Assembly: GCA_965223845.1 (NCBI GenBank)
Contig: CBDCXR010000004.1
Location: 160,001 to 224,000 of the forward strand
Reading direction: 5' to 3'
Source: Planctomycetota bacterium
GTDB taxonomy: Bacteria; Planctomycetota; UBA8108; SXIK01
DNA length: 64,000 nt
The notes beneath the pieces are model-generated. The model worked only from the letters and a program-made list of their open reading frames with translations. It searched no databases and was not told the DNA's origin. How positions within the stretch are numbered: the stretch's first letter is position 1; each line of letters starts with the position of its first letter. Made by a program: the position numbers and the translations under genes. Positions 1-9,167 of this stretch are shown here, in pieces.

Positions 1-1
1 G

Positions 2-478
2 CGAGGGAAACACCTTGAAAAAATCCAGGCGTCGCGCCGCCATTACGCGGCAGCAGCACAAGCCTGCGGACGAGCCTGTACAAGCCTGATGAATGGCATC
101 AGGTCCAGCTCGGATGTCGAACTCATCCGACGCTTGCGCGAGGAACTGTGCGACACGTTCGGCGACCGGGTGATTCCGACGTACATTGAATACGTCGAGT
201 GGGAACAGCTCGACCAAGAAGGATCACCCGACGAGCTTGCAGAATTCTTCGGCTCGGATGTTCCGGAGGAGTTTTCACGCTTTAGCCACTGGCTATCGGT
301 AATGAACGATCCGACGTTTCTCTCCGGACCCATGAACTTTGCCCGGTACATCGTGACGAAACGTACGTTTCGACCACTTATCAAATGCCTGAACAAACTT
401 CCCCGAGATATCCGGACGGCTCATCGCCTTAAGACGGAGAGCCACATCGACTTACTCGTATCGGGCACGCCGACTTGA
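2..478 (+). CDS. Hypothetical protein, 3' part (frame is open from the window edge)
   Basis: Frame 2 has no stop from position 2 to TGA at 478. The translation is protein-like and GC is lower than in the core genes. No family recognised. Confidence 0.5.
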   Translation, partial: RGKHLEKIQASRRHYAAAAQACGRACTSLMNGIRSSSDVELIRRLREELCDTFGDRVIPTYIEYVEWEQLDQEGSPDELAEFFGSDVPEEFSRFSHWLSVMNDPTFLSGPMNFARYIVTKRTFRPLIKCLNKLPRDIRTAHRLKTESHIDLLVSGTPT

Positions 479-504
479 TCGGCACGCCGACTTGATCGGC
501 ACGT
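464..504 (+). repeat. 17-bp tandem repeat GGCACGCCGACTTGATC (2 full copies plus a partial third)
   Basis: Exact copies at 464-480 and 481-497, then GGCACGT from 498. The repeat supplies the stop codon of the upstream ORF. Confidence 0.9.
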
Positions 505-681
505 CGGGTTTCGTCACGTTCGCGTATCCCGCGGGCGCGCGGCGGCACGGTGAAGATATGAGCAACGACAAACGCTGTCGGGCGTTTAGAAGAGCGGAGA
601 GCGGTGCAAGAACGGAGCAGGTGCAGCGGGCTTCTGCTGGGTCCACCTCGACGGGAGGCGCGGGGGTGCCAAGGAGAAGCT

Positions 682-999
682 CAAAATCACGACAAGCTGC
701 TTCTCATCCTCTCAGAGCACTCCATGAAGAGCGAGTGGGTCGGAACGGAGATCTACAAGGCAAGACGGCGCGAAGCGAACGAAGATCGCCAGGTGCTCTT
801 TCCGATCCGGCTCGTCGATTGGAAAAAAGTTCAGGGATGGGAGGCATTCGACGCGGACACCGGAAAGGACATGGCCCGCGAGATCCGCGAGTACTACGTG
901 CCGGACGACTTCGTGAACTGGAAGGACCACGACGCGTTCGAGACTGCCTACGAGAAGCTCCTCGGCGACCTGCGAAAGGACGAGCAGCCCACCCCATGA
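682..999 (+). pseudogene. C-terminal half of a TIR-domain protein (pentapeptide-repeat/TIR type), N-terminus missing
   Basis: HDKLLLILSEHSMKSEWVGTEIYKARRRE...VLFPIRL...FDADTGKD.AREIREY matches the C-half of bacterial TIR domains. There is no FISYS-type N-half, and the upstream codons look non-coding. Confidence 0.7.
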
Positions 1000-1379
1000 C
1001 CTGGTCCACCGGCCGAAAGATCCTGAACCTCCGCCGCGACCTCGGGATCAAACAGCAAGAGCTCGCGGAGATGGCCGGCGAACTCCGTCGGCGATGCCGA
1101 GAATCGAGAGGTTGGAGGTCGACCGCAACCCGCGGGCCGACGTTCCACGGCATCGCTCGCGCGCCGTGGGTGACGGCGGATTACCTGCTCGACGAGAGCG
1201 TGCCGTACCCTCCGCCAGCTGGCGAGGATGCTCCGAAGGTTGAGCGGCCTTGGGAGGTGGTCGAGATGCGGGTGACGGCCGAGGAGCGGGCGCACATTCG
1301 AGCTATGAAGAAGCCGCGGTGGAGGCTCTTTGGTGCGCCCGGACGGTTATGGCTGGTGGGGAGCGGGATTGATCGGTGA
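996..1379 (+). pseudogene. XRE-family HTH regulator with internal compensating frameshifts
   Basis: ATGA overlap with the TIR stop. MTWSTGRKILNLRRDLGIKQQELAEMAG and ARAPWVTADYLL lie in one frame, while the recognition-helix-like TPSAMPRIER..RNPRADV lies in another frame at ~1083-1145. Confidence 0.6.
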
Positions 1380-1518
1380 TGTCCGAGCTATTAGGAGGAG
1401 AGGATCGAGCACTGGGCGAGACGAAGAAGCCGAACGGCGATCGAGATGAACTCCGCGAGGAAATTCGAAGAGCCGTTCACAGTTCGCGTCGCGAAGCTCA
1501 AAGCTTGAAGGAGGCAAG

Positions 1519-2649
1519 ATGTCGGCAAGGGCGTCTCTGACCGTCGCGATCGTCGCTCTGAGTTGCTCGGTTTTTGCGGTCTACCTGGTATTTGAAGATC
1601 GCGACACCCGCCGAGGCGACATGGAGCTCGGGAGTCTGAGGGAGGAAGTCGATAGCCGGCTTGCGGGGATAGAGCAACGGCTCGCGCAGCTTGTGGATTC
1701 GCTCGAGGAGGACAAGGCGCGAGGCGAGCGTACCGCACGAATCGATGCCGGCGAATCTGAGGATTCTGCGGATGTCATCTCGACGCTCGCCCGGTTGGAA
1801 GCTCGAATTCGGAACCTCGAACTGCGCGCAACTGCGAATGACGAAGATCCTATCGCGCGGGGCTTCGCATATTTAAATTCAGAAGACGCAAGCGTTCGGA
1901 AGCGAGGGGTCAATCTGCTCAGAAAGTTCGGCCGCGGAGACCAGGATGTGATCGCCGTTCTCCGGCAAGCTCTCGATGACGGTGATGCCGCGGTCAGGAA
2001 GGAGGCGCTCGAAGGCCTGAAGGATGCCGGAGACGACGAAGCGATTCCGCGAATCGCCGAGCTTTTGAAGGATCCAGACTCCGGGGTTCGCGAAAAGGCG
2101 ACAGAGGCCCTCGCTGCGCTGCTGGAGAATCCCACTGCGATGGCTCAAAACTCGACGATCCCGCAGTCCATTTCAGAACTTCTCGCAGACGAGAGCGACA
2201 AGGTTCGTGTCGCGGCTGCAGATGCTCTTGGAGAACTCGGCTCGGCATCGTCTGTTCCAGCTCTAGTCGACACGCTTCGGGACCCCGCAACCGACGTTCG
2301 AGAGGAAGTCATTGAGTCGTTGGTCCAGCTCGAGGCTCGTTCGGCGATTCCTGAGTTGCAGGCTCTCTACGATACTGCGGTCGCCGAGATCGAACGCGAA
2401 CACAGTCTTCGCCTCGCTGCAGCGCTGAAAGAACTGGGTGAGGGCGAACCGCTGCGAATGGAGGTCGAGCGGTTGGCTCGGCAGGCAGCGAATGGCGCCG
2501 ACGCCGAATCGCGAGAGCGGGCCATACGGACGCTCGCTTGGCTCAAGGCCGAGAACCAGGTTGGCGTGTACGAGCAAGCTTTGAACGACCCCGACGAAGG
2601 TGTTCGTAGGGCTGCTCGAGCGGCGCTCTCCGGAGGCAGCCAAGATTGA
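1519..2649 (+). CDS. Membrane-anchored HEAT-repeat protein with N-terminal coiled coil
   Basis: AAGGAGG RBS, N-terminal hydrophobic helix and repeated L.D.D..VR..A..AL HEAT motifs. Confidence 0.85.
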   Translation: MSARASLTVAIVALSCSVFAVYLVFEDRDTRRGDMELGSLREEVDSRLAGIEQRLAQLVDSLEEDKARGERTARIDAGESEDSADVISTLARLEARIRNLELRATANDEDPIARGFAYLNSEDASVRKRGVNLLRKFGRGDQDVIAVLRQALDDGDAAVRKEALEGLKDAGDDEAIPRIAELLKDPDSGVREKATEALAALLENPTAMAQNSTIPQSISELLADESDKVRVAAADALGELGSASSVPALVDTLRDPATDVREEVIESLVQLEARSAIPELQALYDTAVAEIEREHSLRLAAALKELGEGEPLRMEVERLARQAANGADAESRERAIRTLAWLKAENQVGVYEQALNDPDEGVRRAARAALSGGSQD

Positions 2650-2660
2650 TTCTCTGGTCC

Positions 2661-2710
2661 CCACGCTCACGACTGACCAACCCCGCCGACTTTGCCGACG
2701 GGGTTTTTGT
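2661..2710 (+). repeat. ~50-bp dispersed repeat, copy 1, ending in a terminator-like hairpin plus T-tract
   Basis: CCACGCTCACGACTGACCAACCCCGCCGACTTTGCCGACGGGGTTTTTGT, starting 12 nt after the HEAT gene stop. Similar to 3168-3219. Confidence 0.7.
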
Positions 2711-2803
2711 GCGATGGGCTGGATCGTCAATCTAGTGTATAGTAACTAGGCGATACTGATGGACTTAGGGGCGAGTGGATCGGGCGAGAGGGGGGACGAG
2801 CAT

Positions 2804-3091
2804 GTGGCCAGACGAGTGATGCGCCGAAAGCTCACGGCGCTCGGATTGTCGATGCAGCTCGCGGCGGTCTTTCTCGTCCCCGCAGCGCTTTGGATCGCGC
2901 TGGATGCCGCAATTCTCGGCCCGGAGCGCTACGCGAGGCCGGTCGGCGGATTCGTCGCGGCGCTCGCGTCGATCGGCCTATTCGTCTGCGGTTGGTCCTT
3001 CCACCGCGGCTGGGCCTGCAGCAACTGCGGGAACTTCGTGCCGTCCAACCTCGTACGAATCTGCCGTGACTGCGGGGCGAAACTTGATTAG
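2804..3091 (+). CDS. Small two-TM membrane protein with C-terminal zinc ribbon
   Basis: Two hydrophobic helices followed by CSNC...CRDC. GTG 2804 follows a G-rich RBS; alternative starts are 2759 and 2819. Confidence 0.7.
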   Translation: MARRVMRRKLTALGLSMQLAAVFLVPAALWIALDAAILGPERYARPVGGFVAALASIGLFVCGWSFHRGWACSNCGNFVPSNLVRICRDCGAKLD

Positions 3092-3167
3092 CTCCTGTTG
3101 CCTCCCCGAAATGGCTCAGATAGGATCGGCAATGGATTCTGGCGCGCCCCTTGCGACGCGCTCCTAG

Positions 3168-3219
3168 CCACGCCCACAACTGCCCCACCCCCGCCGGGTT
3201 CGCTCGGCGGGGGTTTTGT
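3168..3219 (+). repeat. ~50-bp dispersed repeat, copy 2, rho-independent terminator-like
   Basis: CCACGCCCACAACTGCCCCACCCCCGCCGGGTTCGCTCGGCGGGGGTTTTGT; stem CCCCCGCCG/CGGCGGGGG with a TTCG-containing loop, then a T-run. Confidence 0.75.
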
Positions 3220-3452
3220 CTCGGAGGTGAGCCGGCGAATCCTGAGCATGCCGCCAAGCTGAAGGAGTGGTGGCGACTTGAAGTCGGCGGCGGGCGAATC
3301 CCGAGATTCGACCGACGCAAAAGGGGTGGATCGTAACGCCGGAGGTCCCCAGTCGTCGAAGCATGTGGACGCTGGTTTTCGCCGTTCCCTTGGCGAACTA
3401 GACGGAGTCGCCACGCCAGCGCTTTTGCCGAGACCGAGAGCGACCGAAACGC

Positions 3453-3638
3453 ATGGTTGAGCGAGCGACGCCGCAGACGCACACGAGAATCGGCGAGCGC
3501 CTTCGGATGTGCCTCGGTTGTCTTCTGCTCCCGGTGACGTTGCTACTCGGTTTGGTGCTCCCGCCCTTTCGCTCGGCGTCGAATCGCCCCTTCAGACGCA
3601 CCGGGAGCGGGAAGCGAACGCCGGCCGACGACGCCTAG
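3453..3638 (+). CDS. Possible small single-TM protein
   Basis: Hydrophobic stretch MCLGCLLLPVTLLLGLVLP in an otherwise empty gap. No homology recognised. Confidence 0.25.
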   Translation: MVERATPQTHTRIGERLRMCLGCLLLPVTLLLGLVLPPFRSASNRPFRRTGSGKRTPADDA

Positions 3639-3746
3639 TCTCGGCGACTCTTCTTCGCGTGGAGGACGGAGAGCGCGCCGGATCCCCGAGCTGGCCGGAC
3701 GCGTGTATCGGTCCGAGGAACGCAACCGGCGCGAGCGTCGAACCTC

Positions 3747-6700
3747 TTAGGTCGCCGACTCGAGCTCCGGCACAACCTCGGACTCTTCAGCGTCTTCGTC
3801 CGGGCCCGCATCCGGTGAGGCGGCCGACGCCTTGAGCGCAGCGAGACGACCTGCGGCCCCTCCGAGCGCCATCGGCTTTACCGTCTCGGAATCGCTCGCG
3901 CCACCGGCGGCGCTTTCGTCGGTCGGCGCGACCTCCGGGCTCGCGACGTCGTCGCCGCTAGTGTCGGGCGCGGCGCTTTCGCCCGAATCGTCCGAAGCAG
4001 CAGGAGTGTCCTCACCCGAACTCGCGGCGCTGGCGGAAGTGCTCGTATCGCCACCCGCGCGGAGCGCGGCGAGTCGACCGGCGGCGCCGCCGAGCATCGC
4101 CGGTTGGACGGTCTCCGCGTCGCTCTTTCCCGGAGTCACCTCGCTCGCCGGAGCGGGCTCGTTCTCGTCGTCGCTGTCCTTGCCGGCGGTCGGCGGCGAG
4201 GCCGCGGCGCCGCCGGTCTGACGCAGAGCTGCCAGACGACCGGCTGCTCCGCCCAGCGCCATCGTTTTTGTGGTTTCTGCGTCGCTTGCACCATTCGCGG
4301 CGGGTTCGGTCGTCTCGCCGTCTGCGCCGTCTGCGCCGGCGCTCGCCGGTTCGGTCGATTCGCCCGTCGTCGGTGATCCTCCGGGCGAGCCTCCCGCGCG
4401 GAGCGCCGCCAGTTTTCCGGCCGCCCCTCCGAGTGCCATCGGCTTCACGCTCTCGGCGTCACCGCCGGAGGCCGGTGCGGAGTCCTCTCCGTCCGCGCTC
4501 GCCGCCGGGGGCGGAGCGCTTTGGCTCTCGCCGCCACCCGCGCGGAGCGCGGCGAGTCGACTCGCCGCGCCGCCGAGCTTCACCTTCGCGACGCCGTCGC
4601 CGCCCTCTCCGCCGAGTGATTTGAGTGCCGAGCTGAGCGCCTCGTTCGTAGCCGGCTCGGGAGGCGCCGCACCGGCCGAAGCACCGCTCGCCGGAGGGGC
4701 ATCGCCTCCTTTCAGAGACCGAAGCTTCGACGTGATGTTGCCCACCTTGGTCGTCACGGTCCGGCCGCCGGGCGATCCGCTGCTCGCGGTAACCATCGGG
4801 GCGCTCGTCTCGCCGTCGCCCGACTTCAGGCGCTTCAGGCGAGCCATGCTCTTCGAAACCGTCGTCGTGACAGGGGACGGAGATGCGAACGCCTCCTTCG
4901 TTCCCGTGAACGATTCGACGACCGGCTCGGACACCGCGGCCGGTGCCGGAGTCGGTGCCGGCGGATTCAGCTTCGCTTCGATCTTGTCGAGTAGGGCGGT
5001 CGCTTCCGAGTTCCCCGACTCGAGCGCGACGAGGTGGTCGATCGCGCTCCGGCAGAGACCGAAATTGAGGTTCTCGAAGTGGATCTTCGCGGCCTTGAGG
5101 TATTGCTCGATCGCGCGTCGTTGATCACCCGAATCACGCGAGAGGTGGCCGAGTTTCGTCACGATCTCGGCGTCATTCGGTCGAAGCGCGAGCGCCTGCC
5201 GACACGACTCTTCGGCCTCTTGAACGTTCCCGGCCGCGAGATCGAGGAGCGCGATCTCTTTGCTCGACTCAGCGGCGAGATCGTCTTTGCCCTGTGCCTT
5301 GAGGAGCTCCACTTGAGTGCGGCGTGTTTCGAGATCGAAGGGCGAACTCTTGAGCACGTAGTCGAGCGCCTTCTGCGCCCGATCGAACTCTTCTCGCCGG
5401 AGCGCGATGTTTGCGAGGCTGCGGAGCTCGCGCCGAGCCTCGTCCGTCCGGCCGAGCTTCTCGAGGACGGATGCGAGACCCCAGCGGTGCTCGACGTCCT
5501 CGTCGACGCTGACGAGCTTCTGGTAGACGAACTCGGCCTCCCCGAGGCTGTTCTCTCGTTCGAGGCTGCCGATCCACTGCCGGAACTGCGCGACCGCACG
5601 ATCCTTCTCTCCGCGGGCGAGAAAGTGCTCGGCGAGCCACTGGTTCGACCGACTGTCGGTCGGCGACAGCTCGCACACGATCTCGTGCAGCATGATGACC
5701 GTCTCGGGATCGGACACTCCCTTGGCCGCCGGGAGACTGAGGAGCGTCTGGGCGTGCTCGAGCGCCTTCCGGCGATTCCCATGCTTACGGTGAAGGTCGA
5801 GAAGCTTCAGGCGCACGTCGACGGAATCGTCGCCGTCGCAGTACATCTTCTGGTAGACCTCGAGCGTCGCCTCGACGTCCTTCTGTTCTTCGAGGAGACC
5901 GACGAGAACCGCGCGCTCCCGCGCTGCGATCTCGGGATCGCCGAGTTGTTCCGCGACAGCCACAATGCGCTGCTGGAGCGTGACCGGGAGCTCGTCCTCG
6001 ACTTGATCGCGTACCTCGACGAGAAGCTCGAAGGCGGTCGTGGGGCTCTCCGTCTCCGCAGCGAGCGCGAGGACTTGTTCGACCGCCTCTTCGCTTTGTC
6101 CACTCCCGATGAGGAGCTCGACGTAGCGCCGGCGAAGCGCATCGTTCTCCGGGTTGAGCTCCACGGCCGAACCCAGGCTCCGAATCGCGTCCTCCATGCG
6201 AAGCTGGCTCGCGCACTTTTCGCTGAATGCGACGAACCAGTAGGTCGCCTCCGGTACGTTGTTTAGCGCCCGGTAGGTCTCGGCGAGCTTCAGCTTCAGA
6301 TCGAAGTCGTCGAGGCCGCGCTGATGCGCACGGCGGAAGAGACGGCACGCCTTGTTCAAACGATCGCTCGAGGAAGCGTCGACTCCGAGCTGGAACATCT
6401 GCACGGGGTTGATGAGCTCGAGCTGATTCGCGTCGACGAGTCGATTGACGATACGGAGCGCGAGAAACTTGTCGATTCCGGCCTCGTTGACGACTTCCTC
6501 GACGTCGCGCACCCCATCTACGACGGAAACGACCGCGTGTTCGTCGGGGTACTTCTCCGCCTCCTCGAAGAATCGCATGCTGTTCGGCGTCGCGTAATAG
6601 ACGTCGAAGAGGATTCCAAAGTGGCGCTCAACGAGATCCCAGCGATCCACACGGCGGGCGGCTTCGAGGAAGATCTCCTCGGCGTCCATGTACACTTCGA

Positions 6701-7139
6701 GGTGCTCACTGACCTCCGAGTGGAAACCCTCGACGCGCTGATCTTCTTCGTGATCGACGAAGCCGACGTCTGCGGTGTCGCCTTGGAAGCAAGCGCAGAC
6801 CTCTTCGATGATTCGAGTCTGCACGTTCTCGGCAACGAGCTCGCCCGGTGCGAGATCGAGCGCGAACAGCGCCGATCCTCGTCCCATCCCCGACTTCGCG
6901 GCGGCCTTGTTCGCTTTCTTGATGTGCTTCTCAGTGAAGAGCTCAGTGTCGAGAAGCGCTGCTTCGAGGACTCCGACTTCACGCCCCGTGTCGACATCAG
7001 CCACGTAACCTTGGACGAGGACGATCTGACTCACGAGTTCGTCGGCGTGCACTACGGCGAACGTGCCCGTGCGTTTTTCGCGGACGGTCGAGAGAAACGC
7101 GTCCGAGAGCGCTTCGATGCTCATGGGGGATGGATTCAT
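3747..7139 (-). CDS. DUF4388-like N-terminal domain, extensive TPR array and disordered repeat-bearing C-tail
   Basis: N-terminal RTGTFAV...IVLVQG...LEAARRVDRW...VDGVRDV pattern typical of DUF4388. Many TPR helices follow, then a ~400-aa Ala/Gly/Ser/Asp/Glu-rich tail. Confidence 0.8.
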   Translation of the reverse strand: MNPSPMSIEALSDAFLSTVREKRTGTFAVVHADELVSQIVLVQGYVADVDTGREVGVLEAALLDTELFTEKHIKKANKAAAKSGMGRGSALFALDLAPGELVAENVQTRIIEEVCACFQGDTADVGFVDHEEDQRVEGFHSEVSEHLEVYMDAEEIFLEAARRVDRWDLVERHFGILFDVYYATPNSMRFFEEAEKYPDEHAVVSVVDGVRDVEEVVNEAGIDKFLALRIVNRLVDANQLELINPVQMFQLGVDASSSDRLNKACRLFRRAHQRGLDDFDLKLKLAETYRALNNVPEATYWFVAFSEKCASQLRMEDAIRSLGSAVELNPENDALRRRYVELLIGSGQSEEAVEQVLALAAETESPTTAFELLVEVRDQVEDELPVTLQQRIVAVAEQLGDPEIAARERAVLVGLLEEQKDVEATLEVYQKMYCDGDDSVDVRLKLLDLHRKHGNRRKALEHAQTLLSLPAAKGVSDPETVIMLHEIVCELSPTDSRSNQWLAEHFLARGEKDRAVAQFRQWIGSLERENSLGEAEFVYQKLVSVDEDVEHRWGLASVLEKLGRTDEARRELRSLANIALRREEFDRAQKALDYVLKSSPFDLETRRTQVELLKAQGKDDLAAESSKEIALLDLAAGNVQEAEESCRQALALRPNDAEIVTKLGHLSRDSGDQRRAIEQYLKAAKIHFENLNFGLCRSAIDHLVALESGNSEATALLDKIEAKLNPPAPTPAPAAVSEPVVESFTGTKEAFASPSPVTTTVSKSMARLKRLKSGDGETSAPMVTASSGSPGGRTVTTKVGNITSKLRSLKGGDAPPASGASAGAAPPEPATNEALSSALKSLGGEGGDGVAKVKLGGAASRLAALRAGGGESQSAPPPAASADGEDSAPASGGDAESVKPMALGGAAGKLAALRAGGSPGGSPTTGESTEPASAGADGADGETTEPAANGASDAETTKTMALGGAAGRLAALRQTGGAAASPPTAGKDSDDENEPAPASEVTPGKSDAETVQPAMLGGAAGRLAALRAGGDTSTSASAASSGEDTPAASDDSGESAAPDTSGDDVASPEVAPTDESAAGGASDSETVKPMALGGAAGRLAALKASAASPDAGPDEDAEESEVVPELESAT
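3831..4580 (-). repeat. Five coding repeats of (MA)LGGAA(G/S)(R/K)LAAL(R/K)
   Basis: Copies at ~4542-4580, 4398-4439, 4221-4262, 4059-4100 and 3831-3872, separated by variable acidic linkers. Confidence 0.9.
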
Positions 7140-7316
7140 GAATCGCCGGGAGGGGGAGCACGTCGACGCGCTCCGGGAGGAGGGATTGCGTTTCGGGACG
7201 CGAGCCCGAGAACGTCCGCACGAAGAGAGTGCGGGCCTCGAAGAATACCATCCGTTCGGAGAAGCGAGCGCCGGGGGGCGGTGCGATCGGCTCGAGCGCC
7301 CGGTAACGGAAGAGCT

Positions 7317-9164
7317 TCAGTTGGGCTCCGCGGTGGCGGCGCGGAGCTTCTTCAGGAGCGAGCGATAACGCTCGTGGCTGCGCAGCGGGTCTAGGTCCGG
7401 ATCTTTTCGGATGTGGTCGGCATCCGTGAAGCCCGCATCGACGGACCGCTCGAGCGCTTCGAGCGCCTCCTCGATCTTTCCGTGGAGCGAGTACGCGCAG
7501 GCGAGGTTGTAGAGCGTGAGTTGGTCGTTCGGCTCGATGCGCCGAGCGATCTCGAAGTGGTGGATCGACTTCTCGTACTCCTTGAGGAGGAGATACGCGA
7601 AGGCGATTTGGTAGTTCGCACGAAAGTCGAACGGGAACTCATCGAGGACTTTGCGGAGTTCCTCGACCGCGAGTCGATAACGCTTCCCTCGGATGTACTC
7701 GTCGGCCTGAATGATGAAGATCTCTCGCGAGACCTCCGGCTTCTTGAGCGTGAGCTCGGCGTGATTCCGCACGAGGTGGTGGTAGCCGGAGAGGTCGCGG
7801 AGACCGGCGAGAGCCTTCGCCGCTGCGAGCTTCACCGAGAGGCTCCGTTCGAGCTCGTCGTCCATCACGATCGCGCGGAGCGTCGGAATCGCATGCACGC
7901 CCGCGACACGCGCGTAATCGAAGATCTTTCGGCGCTTTCGCCGAAACGACAGCTCGGGGAATCGGCCGAAATCGATGCCGGTCGAAGCGTAGGTCGACGG
8001 CCGAATCCGCCAGCGGAGAAGGTCGCCGAGGAACGCGAACTCGCTCGCCGAGACGTCGCCGCCGCGCGCGATCGCCTCGGTCACGGCGGCCAAGCCGCGA
8101 GCCTCGAGAAGAAACAGCTCGTCGGCCGCACGTTCGCGAACGAGCGGCAGCGGATCGGCGAGATTGGCCACGGTCGCCGCGATGTGACGGTCGAGGAGCT
8201 CTGCGGCGAGCTTGGCATCCGGTCCGTCGGCGCGACTGCCGAGCTCCCAAAGTAGCGCCCGATGGTAACGAAGCTCCTCGAAGGACTCGCCGATGGCGGT
8301 CGGTTTCTCCGCCGACGCCGCGAGCGCCTCTTCCACGAGCTTCGCATAGATTTCTCGCGACTCGACTTTCCCGGTGCGCCGGCGCGCGAGAGCTTCGTTG
8401 AGGACGGCGAACCCGCCGGCGAGCACGGATCGCCGGAGCTCGTCCACTCGCGGGCGGCGATCCTCGACTCGTTCGGCGAGCTCCGGGAGATGGAGCTCCT
8501 CAACCGGCGAAAGAGGTTGCCGGTCGGAGCCGAGCTTGCGCACACGCTCGACGAGCGGATGCAGCGCATTGATCGCCTCCGGCTTCTCGCGCGCCCACTC
8601 GCGGCGCTCTTCCCGCAGCTCTTGGAGTCGTGCCCGCTCGTCGTCGCCGAACGCCTCGGGCTCCACCCGCGCGCGCTCGTCGAGCTCGGCGAGGCGGATC
8701 AGCTTCTGCAGCATATCGCTGGCGCCGGCGAACTTTTCCTCTATCGCGGTGACCTCCTTCCGGAGCGCCTCGACTTTCTTCGCCGTTTCGGCGCGTCCGC
8801 GGAGTCGATCGAGCTCCTGCGAATCGAGTCGGAACGCACGCACTTCGTTCTCGTAGCGCCGGAGAACCGTCTGCGCGAGTTCGGAGAACGCCTGGGCGAC
8901 TCGAAACCGCGTTTCCCGGTGTGGGATCACGAGCGCGGCCGCGAGTGCCGGCAGCGCATCGTCGCCGAGCTGCCGGAGCTCGGTGGCCGCTCGCTCGCGC
9001 TCGAATGCCGAGCCCGTTCGCAATCGCTCGAGGACGCTCGACACATTCGTCTCCGCGGCGATCGCGGGCGCGAAGAGGAATGCACTGATCACCAGAGCGA
9101 GCCGCGGCCATGCGCGTCGGGTGGGGGCCTTAGGCGTCCAGTTGTTTTGCATCTCGCTAGCCAC
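7317..9164 (-). CDS. Secreted HEAT/coiled-coil protein with C-terminal TPRs
   Basis: Signal-like LALVISAFLFAPAIAA, HEAT motifs, and a C-terminal TPR cap YNLACAYSL...ALERSVDAGF.D..HIRKDPDLDPLR. Start may be ATG 9152. Confidence 0.8.
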   Translation of the reverse strand: MASEMQNNWTPKAPTRRAWPRLALVISAFLFAPAIAAETNVSSVLERLRTGSAFERERAATELRQLGDDALPALAAALVIPHRETRFRVAQAFSELAQTVLRRYENEVRAFRLDSQELDRLRGRAETAKKVEALRKEVTAIEEKFAGASDMLQKLIRLAELDERARVEPEAFGDDERARLQELREERREWAREKPEAINALHPLVERVRKLGSDRQPLSPVEELHLPELAERVEDRRPRVDELRRSVLAGGFAVLNEALARRRTGKVESREIYAKLVEEALAASAEKPTAIGESFEELRYHRALLWELGSRADGPDAKLAAELLDRHIAATVANLADPLPLVRERAADELFLLEARGLAAVTEAIARGGDVSASEFAFLGDLLRWRIRPSTYASTGIDFGRFPELSFRRKRRKIFDYARVAGVHAIPTLRAIVMDDELERSLSVKLAAAKALAGLRDLSGYHHLVRNHAELTLKKPEVSREIFIIQADEYIRGKRYRLAVEELRKVLDEFPFDFRANYQIAFAYLLLKEYEKSIHHFEIARRIEPNDQLTLYNLACAYSLHGKIEEALEALERSVDAGFTDADHIRKDPDLDPLRSHERYRSLLKKLRAATAEPN

Positions 9165-9167
9165 GAT

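Noticed and set aside
3288-3430. c-di-GMP-I riboswitch look-alike (GGGCGAAT...GACGCAAAAG)
   Set aside because: It lacks the GGCAAAC motif and the GNRA-capped P2 with its receptor, and has no clear downstream target.
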